From the NCBI GenBank assembly GCA_016934475.1, contig JAFGST010000027.1, positions 1 through 57,787 on the forward strand: DNA of 57,787 nt, read 5' to 3'. Positions 38,289-47,117 of the stretch are shown one piece after another; the first letter of the stretch is position 1; every line of letters begins with the position of its first letter. This DNA is from Candidatus Aminicenantes bacterium (GTDB taxonomy: Bacteria > Acidobacteriota > Aminicenantia > UBA2199). Position numbers and translations under genes: made by a program. The notes beneath the pieces were generated by a model, which worked only from the letters and a program-made list of their open reading frames with translations, did no database searches and was not told the DNA's origin.

Positions 38289-38317
38289 TTTATATGTTGT
38301 TGATTATCCATTGTCAA
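38289..38317 (-). promoter_or_regulatory. Sigma70-like promoter for paralog B
   Basis: On the minus strand, TTGACA (38317-38312), a 17-nt spacer, then TATAAA (38294-38289), about 27 nt upstream of the ATG at 38262 in an AT-rich segment. Confidence 0.45.
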
Positions 38318-38346
38318 CTGATTCGCGAATTTCTTGGCGGAGCGGC

Positions 38347-39120
38347 TCAAAAGCGGGGCTGGGCCAGGGTGAGCGCCGTCACGCGCGCCCCCGCCCGGCG
38401 CAGGACCGACGCGCACCGGCGCAGGGTGGTTCCGGTGGTGGTCACGTCGTCGATGAGCAGGACGCGCAGCCCCGCGGCACGCGTCCCCCGGCCCAAGGCG
38501 AAGGCCCCGTCCAGGTTGGCCAGGCGCCGGGCGCGGGTCAGGCCGACCTGGGGCGGGGTGCTTTTCCTCTTTACGAGCAGCCCGGGCCGGAACGGAATGC
38601 CGAGCCGGCGGGCCAGCACCTTACCCACGGCTCGCAGCGGCTGGAAGCCGCGCCGCCGCCGGCGGTCGGCCGGCACGGGAACCACGGCGTCGTAATCGCC
38701 GGGCAGACGGCTGGCGACGGCCATGTGGAACAGCCGGGCCAGGAGATGCTTCAGGGGCTCCACTTCCCCGAACTTATAGAGAATGATGACCTTGCGCAAG
38801 GTCTCCTCGTAGGCGGCGTAGGAGGCGTGGCGCTCGTAGGGCGGCGGCGCGAGCAGGCAGGAGCCGCAGGTCTCCATGCCCTCGGGGATGAACTTGCCGC
38901 AGACGCCGCAGCGGTTCTCCGTGTCCGGGCGGATCTTCTCCCGGCAATCCCGGCAGATCACGTTCTCGTCATCGCAAACAAGATCACAACCGCAGATGCG
39001 GCAGCGCGGCTGGAACAGCCCCGAGCGGACGAACTGCAGAATTTCGCCGCCCAGGCGGCGTACGGATTTCTTGCTTGGCTCACGCCAAGCGTGCATGCGA
39101 GCGGCATCCTTCTCTATCAT
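38347..39120 (-). CDS. comF: ComF-family phosphoribosyltransferase-domain protein
   Basis: It has N-terminal Cys pairs (CRICGC, CRDC, CGVCG, CGSC) and a PRTase motif VLLIDDVTTTGTTL. The start is uncertain, with candidates at 39213, 39120 and 39096. Confidence 0.7.
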   Translation of the reverse strand: MIEKDAARMHAWREPSKKSVRRLGGEILQFVRSGLFQPRCRICGCDLVCDDENVICRDCREKIRPDTENRCGVCGKFIPEGMETCGSCLLAPPPYERHASYAAYEETLRKVIILYKFGEVEPLKHLLARLFHMAVASRLPGDYDAVVPVPADRRRRRGFQPLRAVGKVLARRLGIPFRPGLLVKRKSTPPQVGLTRARRLANLDGAFALGRGTRAAGLRVLLIDDVTTTGTTLRRCASVLRRAGARVTALTLAQPRF

Positions 39121-39284
39121 TGAGATTCTCAACACGGATACGCGAGGTTTCTCATCCGCCCTCAGCCTCGCCAGGCCCATTGTATTCCGTGGGGCCATTC
39201 GCAGCAAGGGCAAGGCGTTTTTTATTGGCGCGCGGCAGACGGGTGTGGTAGAATTTTCCTGCCGCGAAAACCAGGAGGAAATCC

Positions 39285-40304
39285 ATGCCGAAAGGCGCCT
39301 ACGAAAAGGCCGGGGTCAGCATCGACCGCGGCAACCAGGCCGTCGAGCGCATCAAGTCCATGGTCCAACGCATGGGCGTCCAGGAGATCGGCAAGTTCGG
39401 CGGCTTCTTTCCCTTGAAGGGCGGCATGAGGAACCCGGTCCTGGTCTCCTCGGCCGACGGCGTGGGCACCAAGCTCAAGATTGCCTTCCTGACGGGCGTT
39501 CACAACACCGTGGGCCGCGATCTGGTCAACCACTGCGTCAACGACATCCTGGTGTACGGAGCCCGGCCGTTGTTCTTCCTCGACTACCTGGCGGCGGGGA
39601 GGGTCGAGCCCGACGTGGTTGGCCAGGTCGTCTCCGGGGTGCTCGACGGCTGCCTCGGCAACGAGATGGTGCTGCTGGGCGGCGAGACGGCCGAGATGCC
39701 CGGCTTCTACAACGCGAGCGAGTACGACATCGCCGGCTTCATCGTCGGCATCGTCGCCAAGGCTGACGTAATCGACGGCCGCTCCATTTGCAAGGGCGAC
39801 CTGCTCATCGGCCTGCCTTCGAGCGGGCTGCACACCAACGGCTACTCGCTCGCCCGCCGCATCGTCTTCGACGAGTTGCACCTCAAGGTGAGCAGCCGGG
39901 TGAGCGAGCTGGAGCTCACGATCGGCGAGGAGCTGCTGCGCGTCCACCGCTCCTACCTGAAGGCGGTGCGGCCGCTGCTCAGGGAGAAGCTGCTCAAGGG
40001 CATGGCGCACATCACCGGCGGCGGCCTGATGGAGAACGTGCCGCGCATCCTGCCGGTCGGCACCTCGGTGGTCATCGAGAAAACCTGGCCGCTGCCGCCG
40101 CTGTTCTCGTTCCTGGTGCAGGCCGGACGGGTCCCCCCGGCCGAGCGTTACCGCGTCTTCAACATGGGGATCGGCATGGTGCTGGTCATCGATCCCCGGA
40201 AGCTCAGTCGCGTCGAGGCCGCCCTGCAGCGCATGGGCGAGGGATTCTACCTGATTGGGCAAGTGACCGAAAATGAGGGCGGGGAGAGGGTGCGCATCCG
40301 ATGA
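39285..40304 (+). CDS. purM: Phosphoribosylformylglycinamidine cyclo-ligase (AIR synthetase)
   Basis: 339-aa ORF with YEKAGVSID, SADGVGTKL, DLVNHCVNDILVYGARPLFFLDY and GGETAEMPG. Confidence 0.9.
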   Translation: MPKGAYEKAGVSIDRGNQAVERIKSMVQRMGVQEIGKFGGFFPLKGGMRNPVLVSSADGVGTKLKIAFLTGVHNTVGRDLVNHCVNDILVYGARPLFFLDYLAAGRVEPDVVGQVVSGVLDGCLGNEMVLLGGETAEMPGFYNASEYDIAGFIVGIVAKADVIDGRSICKGDLLIGLPSSGLHTNGYSLARRIVFDELHLKVSSRVSELELTIGEELLRVHRSYLKAVRPLLREKLLKGMAHITGGGLMENVPRILPVGTSVVIEKTWPLPPLFSFLVQAGRVPPAERYRVFNMGIGMVLVIDPRKLSRVEAALQRMGEGFYLIGQVTENEGGERVRIR

Positions 40305-40335
40305 AGGAGCCCGGCCGGCTGGGTGCGGAGGAACA

Positions 40336-41154
40336 ATGAAAAGAATGATCCTGACCGCCTTTGTCACCCTCATGGTTGCCGGGAACGCGCCGCCGTTGCC
40401 CGCCGCCAATCAGACGCTGGTCCTGGCCTCAACCACCTCGACGCTCGATTCCGGGCTCTTCGACATCCTGCTGCCCCCCTTCGAGAAGAGGTTCGCCTGC
40501 ACGGTCAAGGTCATCGCCGTGGGCACGGGCCAGGCCATGCGCCTGGCCCGCGACGGCAACGCCGACGTCCTGCTGGTCCACGACCGCCAGGCCGAGGAGA
40601 AGTTCGTGGCCGAGGGCTTCGGCGTGGAGCGCCTCGACGTCATGCACAACGACTTCGTCCTGGTGGGGCCGCCGGCGGACCCGGCCGGCGTGCGCGGCCG
40701 TCCGGCCTCCGAGGCCTTGAGGCGCATCGCCGCTGCCCGTGCTCCCTTCGTTTCACGAGGCGACGAGTCGGGGACGCACAAGAAGGAGCTGAGCTTGTGG
40801 CGGGCGGCCGGGATCCCGCCGGCCGGGGATTGGTATATGGAGAGCGGCAGCGGCCAGGAAGCGACGCTGCGCATCGCTAACGAGAAGAAGGCCCATTGCC
40901 TGGTCGACCGCGCCACCTGGCTGGCGCACGAGAAGGAGGCCGATGCCATCGCCATCCTGGCCGAGGGCGACCTCTGCCTGTACAACCCCTATTCGGTGAT
41001 CGTGGTCTCGAGAGAGCGCTTTCCCTGGCTGAACGCCGGGCTGGCCGCTCGCTTCGCCGACTTCGTCCGCTCGAGCGAGGGCCAGGCCATCATCCGCGAT
41101 TTCGGCAAGGACAAGTATGGCACCGCCCTCTTCTTTCCCGATGTCGTGCGTTGA
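40336..41154 (+). CDS. tupA: Periplasmic substrate-binding protein of a TupA-type (tungstate/oxyanion) ABC importer
   Basis: The start at 40336 (MKRMILTAFVTLMVAG) gives a signal peptide. Motifs are LASTTSTLDSGL and TGQA, with overall PBP type-2 features. The oxyanion specificity is inferred. Confidence 0.65.
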   Translation: MKRMILTAFVTLMVAGNAPPLPAANQTLVLASTTSTLDSGLFDILLPPFEKRFACTVKVIAVGTGQAMRLARDGNADVLLVHDRQAEEKFVAEGFGVERLDVMHNDFVLVGPPADPAGVRGRPASEALRRIAAARAPFVSRGDESGTHKKELSLWRAAGIPPAGDWYMESGSGQEATLRIANEKKAHCLVDRATWLAHEKEADAIAILAEGDLCLYNPYSVIVVSRERFPWLNAGLAARFADFVRSSEGQAIIRDFGKDKYGTALFFPDVVR

Positions 41155-41203
41155 ACCGGCGTGAAGGCGTAATGCCGCGGCGGCGAGGGTTGAGGGGCGC
41201 GCC

Positions 41204-41890
41204 ATGAGCTACATCCTGGAGGGCCTGCGGCAGGGAGTGGCGCTGCTGCTGCCGCCCGGCCCCGAGATCCTGCAGATCATCGCCCTGTCGCTGGCCGTTT
41301 CCGGGGCGGCGACGGTGCTGGCGGCGTTGGCGGCGATCCCAGCCGCCCTGTTCCTCTCCCTGAAGGAATTCCCCGGCCGGCGCCTGCTGGTCGGGCTGGT
41401 CAACACGGCCATGGCGGTGCCGGCGGTGCTCATCGGGCTGGTGGTCTACGGCCTGGTCAGCCGCCGCGGCCCGCTGGGGACGCTGGGCCTGCTGTTCACC
41501 CCCGGGGCCATGATCCTGGCCCAGGCGCTGCTGGCTTTCCCGCTGATGACCGCCCTGGCGCTGGCGGCGTTGAAGGGAGTGGCCCGCGAGGCCCGCGACC
41601 TGGCCCTGTCGCTGGGAGCCAACCGCCGCCAGCTGGCCGCCGTCGTCATCCGCCAGGGACGCTTCGCCTTCCTGACCGCGCTCATCGCCGGCTTCTCGCG
41701 CGTCATCGGCGAGACCGGCATGACGCTGATGGTCGGCGGCAACATCAAGGGCCACACCCGCGTGCTGACCACGGCCATCTCGCTGGAGACCATGAAGGGC
41801 AATTTCGAGATCGGCATCGCCCTGGGCATCGTCCTGCTGCTGGTGGCCCTGGCGATCAACATCGCCCTGCAGGGGCTGCAGGGGAAGTGA
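41204..41890 (+). CDS. tupB: ABC importer permease (TupB-type)
   Basis: 228-aa polytopic ORF with an EAA-like loop (ALSLGANRRQ). Confidence 0.7.
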   Translation: MSYILEGLRQGVALLLPPGPEILQIIALSLAVSGAATVLAALAAIPAALFLSLKEFPGRRLLVGLVNTAMAVPAVLIGLVVYGLVSRRGPLGTLGLLFTPGAMILAQALLAFPLMTALALAALKGVAREARDLALSLGANRRQLAAVVIRQGRFAFLTALIAGFSRVIGETGMTLMVGGNIKGHTRVLTTAISLETMKGNFEIGIALGIVLLLVALAINIALQGLQGK

Positions 41891-43065
41891 TGCGCGTCCG
41901 CGTCGAGAACCTGGGGCGGTCGGTCGCGAACCGGGCGATCCTGGATGGGATCGACCTGGAGTTCGCCCCCGGGGGAGTCAACGTCATCCTGGGGCCCAAC
42001 GGCGCCGGCAAGACGACCCTGCTGCGGCTACTGGGCCTGCTGGACCGGCCGGGGCACGGGGAGATCCATTATGACGGGCGCAGGATGAGGGAGATGTCGC
42101 AGCGGCAGCGAACGGCGCTGCGCCGGCGCTGCGGCTTTGTCTTCCAGTCGCCGCTGCTGCTGGCGGGCAGCGTGGAGGCCAACCTGCGCCTCGGAGCGCG
42201 CCTGCGGGGCGCGTACGTCGATCGCCAGACCCTGGCCCGGGTGCTGCAGAAGAGCGGTCTGGCCGGCAAGGAGAACCAGGACGCGCGCCTCCTCTCCGGG
42301 GGGGAGAAGCAGCGTCTGCAGCTGGCCCGGCTGCTGCTGCTCGATCCCGAACTGTGCCTGCTGGACGAGCCCACGGCCAACCTGGATCCCCTTAGCGTCA
42401 GAAACATCGAGGCCGCGGTCTCGGTCCTGGCCCGCGACGGCAAGACCGTCGTCCTGGCCACCCACAACCTCACCCAGGCCCGCATGCTGGCCGACCGGAT
42501 CGTTTTTCTGAAGGCGGGCCGCCTGGTGCAGTCCGGTACGGCCGCCGACGTGCTCAGCCGGCCCCTGTCGCTCGACATCGCCGAGTTCTCCGCCGCGGAG
42601 AACATCATCAACGGCACGCTGGCCCAGCGCGGGGGGCGCACGGTCCTCGACTGCGGCCCGCTGGCCCCACAAAGGGGGTCGCGGCCTTACGGCCCGCTGA
42701 CCCCACAGGGGGGGTCGCGGCCTTGCGGCCCGCTGACCCCACAGGGGGGGTCGCGGCCTTACGGCCCGCTGACCATCGAGGTCGTGAGCGAGAGACGGCA
42801 GGGGACGGCGACGGCGGTCATCCGGCCCGAGGACATCCTGGTCTCCCTGGAGCCAATCTCCTCCTCGGCGCGCAACTCTTTTCCCGGCACCGTCCGCAGC
42901 GTCATCGACCTGGGGGCGGTGACGGCGCTGAGCGTCGATTGTTCTGGAATCAATTTCACTGTGTTCGTCACCCGCATTTCCTGCGCGCAGATGGGATTGG
43001 CCGCGGGCGGCGGCGTGGTTCTGACATTCAAGGCCACAGCCGTGCACCTTCTGCCCACGAAGTGA
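41887..43065 (+). CDS. tupC: ABC importer ATP-binding protein with C-terminal TOBE/Mop-like domain interrupted by a 12-aa tandem repeat
   Basis: 392-aa ORF with an ATGA overlap to the permease. Motifs are Walker A GPNGAGKTT, LSGGEKQR and Walker B LLLDEPT. The TOBE-like end has IRPEDILVSLEP and LTFKATAVHLLP. Confidence 0.75.
   Translation: MMRVRVENLGRSVANRAILDGIDLEFAPGGVNVILGPNGAGKTTLLRLLGLLDRPGHGEIHYDGRRMREMSQRQRTALRRRCGFVFQSPLLLAGSVEANLRLGARLRGAYVDRQTLARVLQKSGLAGKENQDARLLSGGEKQRLQLARLLLLDPELCLLDEPTANLDPLSVRNIEAAVSVLARDGKTVVLATHNLTQARMLADRIVFLKAGRLVQSGTAADVLSRPLSLDIAEFSAAENIINGTLAQRGGRTVLDCGPLAPQRGSRPYGPLTPQGGSRPCGPLTPQGGSRPYGPLTIEVVSERRQGTATAVIRPEDILVSLEPISSSARNSFPGTVRSVIDLGAVTALSVDCSGINFTVFVTRISCAQMGLAAGGGVVLTFKATAVHLLPTK
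42655..42774 (+). repeat. 36-bp tandem direct repeat, 3.3 copies, in frame within tupC; each unit is an imperfect palindrome
   Basis: Units start at 42655, 42691, 42727 and 42763 (partial). The consensus is ggcccgctgaccccacagggggggtcgcggccttRc. They encode GPLAPQRGSRPY/GPLTPQGGSRPC/GPLTPQGGSRPY/GPLT. Confidence 0.85.
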
Positions 43066-43094
43066 ATCCCGGGCTCCGCCAGGGACCTTTCGCC

Positions 43095-43123
43095 TTGTCT
43101 GTTCCGCCGCCGAGGCGTATACT
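43095..43123 (+). promoter_or_regulatory. Candidate promoter of the glycopolymer operon
   Basis: TTGTCT (43095-43100), a 17-nt spacer, then TATACT (43118-43123), followed by aaggagg SD (43141-43147) and the ATG at 43155. Confidence 0.4.
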
Positions 43124-43154
43124 CTCCGGCGAATCCGGGAAAGGAGGACCTGCA

Positions 43155-44237
43155 ATGGACAAGATCGTGCTGCAGGCCGCGGACCTTGACGGCTACCTGA
43201 CCGAGGCCGATGCTCAAGCCATCGCCCGCGTGAGCGATCTCTACGGCCGGGCGCTGGAGGATTTCTCCGGGCTGGAGCCGGGGAGAGGTGAGGGCGACGG
43301 GAAGGCCAGGGAAAGGGTGCTGGCGGTGTTCAACGAGCTGGGCGAGCTCCTGCGGGACGTTGTCGGCGCCGAGAGGCGCATCCACGTCTATTCGCTGGAG
43401 ACCCCGGAGTTCATCCACGGCGAGGCCTCGCGCCTTGTGGCCAAGCTGAGGGACGAGCGCACGGCCAACCCGGAGTTCGTCTACTACATCCAGCGCGCCT
43501 ACGAGATGCTGTTCAACCTGGCGTTCGCCTGGCCCCATGGCCTGGAGCGCCACCCGATCTTCGTGCGTACGCCGGTGACCGTGCCCAGGGCCAACTATGC
43601 CGTGCACAAGATCCCCGACATCGATGCCATGACCAGCGGCGGCGTCATGTGCGTCATGCTGCGGGCGGCGCTGCTGCCCTCGATGATCGTGGCCAAGGAG
43701 ATCCAGGAATACTCCCGGCGTCACGCAGTCACCCCGTTTGCCCTGTTCAAGATCAGCCGCGACGACGGCTGCAGCGAGCACGACATGGCCTATGTGCTGG
43801 ACCTGAAGCGCTCCTACTTCGACATCGAAATGCTGCGGGGGCGCGACCTCTTCTTCGCCGACCCGATGAACGCCACCGGGGGCAGCCTGGTGACCGTGAT
43901 CCGCTACCTGCGCTCGCAGGGGATCGCGCCGCGCTCCGTCCGCTTCTTCAACGTGGTCTCCACGCTCAAGGGGGCGTTGCGCATCGTGCGCGCCGTGCCC
44001 GAGGCCGAGATATATACCCTGTGGATGGATCCGGCCATGAACGACAAGGCTTACATCCTGCCCGGTCTCGGCGACGCCGGCGACCGCATCAACGGCCCCG
44101 ACCGGCCCGACAGCCCCCGCGACGTCATCCAGCTGATTGCCGACTACGGCACGCGCGTGACCTCGCTCTATCGCGACCAGATCCGCCAGATCGAGAAGGT
44201 CGTCCTGCACCCCTCTCGCGGGATTCTCAAGGATTGA
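43155..44237 (+). CDS. Uracil phosphoribosyltransferase-like protein with N- and C-terminal extensions
   Basis: The track ORF starts at 42723 inside tupC. The ATG at 43155 follows the SD. UPRT motifs are LRDERT, FADPMNATGGSL (PRPP loop) and YILPGLGDAGDRINGP (uracil-binding loop). There are about 65 extra N-terminal and about 40 extra C-terminal residues. Confidence 0.7.
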   Translation: MDKIVLQAADLDGYLTEADAQAIARVSDLYGRALEDFSGLEPGRGEGDGKARERVLAVFNELGELLRDVVGAERRIHVYSLETPEFIHGEASRLVAKLRDERTANPEFVYYIQRAYEMLFNLAFAWPHGLERHPIFVRTPVTVPRANYAVHKIPDIDAMTSGGVMCVMLRAALLPSMIVAKEIQEYSRRHAVTPFALFKISRDDGCSEHDMAYVLDLKRSYFDIEMLRGRDLFFADPMNATGGSLVTVIRYLRSQGIAPRSVRFFNVVSTLKGALRIVRAVPEAEIYTLWMDPAMNDKAYILPGLGDAGDRINGPDRPDSPRDVIQLIADYGTRVTSLYRDQIRQIEKVVLHPSRGILKD

Positions 44238-45175
44238 TGGAGTCCGCTCGGGGATCGCACCCTTTCGGGATGCTGACCGCTGAGCGCGCCATGAAGCGAC
44301 TGGCACAGGGAATGCTGCGGCTGCTGCCCGACGCCGCCTACGTGCGCCTGCTCTACCTGAAGTCTCACGGCCGCTGGCCCGACCTGCGCCGACCGCGCAC
44401 CTTCGACGAGAAGCTCCAGTGGTACAAGCTGCACTACCGCGACCTGCTCATGACCACGCTGACGGACAAGTACGCCGTGCGCGGCTGGCTGGAATCGGAA
44501 GGCCACGGCCACCTGCTGAACGAGCTGTACGGCGTGTACGACCGCCCCGAGGAGATCGACCCGGACTCGCTGCCCGAGCGCTTCGTGATCAAGGCCACCC
44601 ACGGCAGCAGCATGAACATCATCTGCCGCCACAAACGGGGACTCAATTGGGACGCCTGTTGTTCCCTCATGCGCCGCTGGCTGCGTAGCGATTATTATCG
44701 CTCGGGTCGGCAGTGGGCCTACAAGGGCATCCGTCCGCGGCTGGTCTGCGAGAAGTACTTGGAGAATGAGGAATTCGGCGAGCTGCTCGACTACAAATTC
44801 TATTGCTACGGGGGCAAGCCCGAAGTTCTCTGGGTCTGCAGCGGCCGGTATGGGGACCGGGGCCTCGCCTACAACGCCTACGACATGGACTGGAACCGCA
44901 TCCACGTGTTCAAGGGCAGGCCCGCCGGCGAGCTGGCCATCGAGAAGCCCGAGAACTACGGCGCCATGGTCGCGACCGCCCGGGAGTTGTGCGGAAACTT
45001 CCCGTTCATCCGCGTCGACCTGTTTTCGGTCTCGGGCAAGCTGGTGTTCGGCGAGTTCACCTTCTATCCCGACAGTGGCACCGTTCCCTTCACCCCGCCG
45101 CACTTCAATGCCTTTTTCGGTGACCTTTTCATTCTGCCCGACGCGGGGCACCGCCCGCCGCCGCGGCGAAGGTGA
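44237..45175 (+). CDS. ATP-grasp fold amidoligase family protein (TupA-like, teichuronopeptide-type)
   Basis: The start ATG overlaps the previous TGA (TGATG). Motifs are PRTFDEKLQWYKL, DKYAVRGW, FVIKATHGSSMNIIC, DYKFYCYGGKPEVLWV, RVDLF and GEFTFYP. Confidence 0.7.
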   Translation: MESARGSHPFGMLTAERAMKRLAQGMLRLLPDAAYVRLLYLKSHGRWPDLRRPRTFDEKLQWYKLHYRDLLMTTLTDKYAVRGWLESEGHGHLLNELYGVYDRPEEIDPDSLPERFVIKATHGSSMNIICRHKRGLNWDACCSLMRRWLRSDYYRSGRQWAYKGIRPRLVCEKYLENEEFGELLDYKFYCYGGKPEVLWVCSGRYGDRGLAYNAYDMDWNRIHVFKGRPAGELAIEKPENYGAMVATARELCGNFPFIRVDLFSVSGKLVFGEFTFYPDSGTVPFTPPHFNAFFGDLFILPDAGHRPPPRRR

Positions 45176-45990
45176 GCATGGCGATCGTGGCAGGGGACCG
45201 GAATGCCGGCCGCGGGACTTGTCCGCCGGCCATCGATGTCCTGGGCTTGAAGGTGCAGGCCCATACGCCGGAGGACCTCAACGAGTCCATCGGCCGGATC
45301 ATCTGCGGCGGCGGCCATGATATCATCCCCAACGTCAACGTCCATTTCGCCAACCTGGCGTGGCGCCGGCCCTGGCTGCGCGACCTCTTCAACTCGGCGT
45401 CAGTTAATTTCTGTGACGGCGCGGGCATCCAGCTGGCCGCCAGGATTCTGGGCGGCCGGATCGGGGAGCGCATCACCTACGGCGACTGGTTCGGCTCCCT
45501 GGCCGCTTTCTGCAAGCGCGAGCGCTTTCGCCTCTTCCTCATGGGCGGGCAGCCCGGAGTCGCGGTCCTCGCGGCCCGGCAGCTGAAGGACCGCTTCCCC
45601 GGCCTGATCATTGCCGGCACGCAGCACGGCTTTTTCGACCGCGACGCGGAAAGCATGGAGAACGCCGCGGTGATCGTCGCCATCAATCGCAGCCGGCCCG
45701 ACATCCTGCTGGTCGCTTTGGGCATGCCGCTGCAGGAGGAATGGCTGGCGCGGAACTGGGAGCGGATCGATGCCCGCGTGGCCCTGACGGGCGGCGCGAT
45801 CCTGGACTACCTTTCCGGCCGCATGAAGCGCCCGCCCGCCTGGATGTGCCGCTGCGGCTGGGAGTGGCTGGGACGGCTGCTCATCGAGCCGCGCCGGCTT
45901 TGGAAACGCTACCTGATCGGCAACCCGCTTTTCCTTGCGCGCGTCCTGCGCCAGCGCCTGGGACGGCCATTTCCCGGGAGCGCGTCATGA
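45172..45990 (+). CDS. WecG/TagA/CpsF-family glycosyltransferase
   Basis: 272-aa ORF (GTGA overlap, with an alternative ATG at 45178). Motifs are NVNVHFANLA, FCDGAGIQLAARILG, FLMGGQPGV, LVALGMPLQEEW and GGAILDYLSG. Confidence 0.8.
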   Translation: MSMAIVAGDRNAGRGTCPPAIDVLGLKVQAHTPEDLNESIGRIICGGGHDIIPNVNVHFANLAWRRPWLRDLFNSASVNFCDGAGIQLAARILGGRIGERITYGDWFGSLAAFCKRERFRLFLMGGQPGVAVLAARQLKDRFPGLIIAGTQHGFFDRDAESMENAAVIVAINRSRPDILLVALGMPLQEEWLARNWERIDARVALTGGAILDYLSGRMKRPPAWMCRCGWEWLGRLLIEPRRLWKRYLIGNPLFLARVLRQRLGRPFPGSAS

Positions 45991-47117
45991 TTGGGCCGGC
46001 CGCGCTACCGCCCGTGGTGGTGCTCTCCCAGTCCGACTGGGGGCTGGCCTGGGTCTTCGCCCAGGACTTGGCCAGCCATTTCGCCGCGCGGGGCCATGCG
46101 GTCGTCTACGTGAATCCCTTTCCCAAGCGCTTCCCCCGCCCGCGGGAGTGGCGCCGCCTGCTGGGACGGTTTCTGGACCGGCCGCGCCTTACGGGCAGCG
46201 CCGCTCACACTTGCCCCCCGGGCTTGCACGTGCGGACGCCGCTGACTCTTCCCGATCGCAACCGGCTCTTTGCCTGGATCAACCGGCGGCTGCTTCTTCC
46301 GGGCCTGCGACGCCGGGTCCTGGCCGCAGCCGGCGGCCGGCCGCTGGTTTTCATCTTCCAGCCCTTCGCTACCGCGGTCGCTTTTGCCGCCATGCTGGAT
46401 CCCGCCCGCCTTGTCTATGCCCGTCGCGACAGTTATTCGGACGATCCCCGGCTGGACCGCCTGCAGCTGCGCGAAAGCGAGCTGCTGGCAAAAGCCGACC
46501 TGGTCGTCTGCGCCGGCCCGGTCCTTGCCGCTCGCAGCAGCGAGTGGAGGGAAAAGGCACTGGACATTCCCGGTCTGGTGGATTTTGCGGCCTTTTTCCG
46601 TCCCCTGGCGGAGAAGCCGGCGGTGGATCCGCTTTGCTGCTACTTCGGGCATTTGAACCAGCGCGTCGATCTGCCGCTGCTGCAGGCCGTGGCCGAGCGC
46701 TTCCCACTGCGCTTGATCGGCCCCATTGGCGTCGACTGGTCCCCGGGCAAAGAGGTGGAGTGCCTCGGCATGGTCCCGGTGGACCGCCTTCCGGACCTCC
46801 TGGCCGACACCGATGTCGTGATCATCCCGTATCGTCTTTCCGGATTTTCCCGGAGCATCTTCCCCTACAAGATCTTCCAGGCCTTCGCCCAGGGCAAGCC
46901 GGTCGTCGCCACTCGTCTGCCGGCCTTGGAACCGCTGTCTTCCCTGCTTTACTTCGCCGCCACAGCGGATGAATTCAAAGTCCAGATCGCGCGGGCCGCC
47001 GGCGAAGGGCTGGCGGTCCGGCGTAGACGCCAGGAAGTGGCCCGGCAGCATGACCGAGGCCTCGTGCTCGAGTCTTTGCGGCAGCGGCTCCTGGGGGGCG
47101 CCGCGGAGGTATCATGA
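45987..47117 (+). CDS. Glycosyltransferase (GT-B, group 1-like)
   Basis: The true start is the ATG at 45987 (ATGA overlap; the track starts at 45741). The C-terminal half has VIIPYR, YKIFQAFAQGKPVVATRLPAL. Confidence 0.65.
   Translation: MIGPAALPPVVVLSQSDWGLAWVFAQDLASHFAARGHAVVYVNPFPKRFPRPREWRRLLGRFLDRPRLTGSAAHTCPPGLHVRTPLTLPDRNRLFAWINRRLLLPGLRRRVLAAAGGRPLVFIFQPFATAVAFAAMLDPARLVYARRDSYSDDPRLDRLQLRESELLAKADLVVCAGPVLAARSSEWREKALDIPGLVDFAAFFRPLAEKPAVDPLCCYFGHLNQRVDLPLLQAVAERFPLRLIGPIGVDWSPGKEVECLGMVPVDRLPDLLADTDVVIIPYRLSGFSRSIFPYKIFQAFAQGKPVVATRLPALEPLSSLLYFAATADEFKVQIARAAGEGLAVRRRRQEVARQHDRGLVLESLRQRLLGGAAEVS

Noticed and set aside
42655-42774. Possible CRISPR array, given 36-bp partially palindromic direct repeats.
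   Set aside because: The repeats are contiguous with no spacers. They lie in frame inside an intact ABC ATPase gene, and no cas genes are present in the window.
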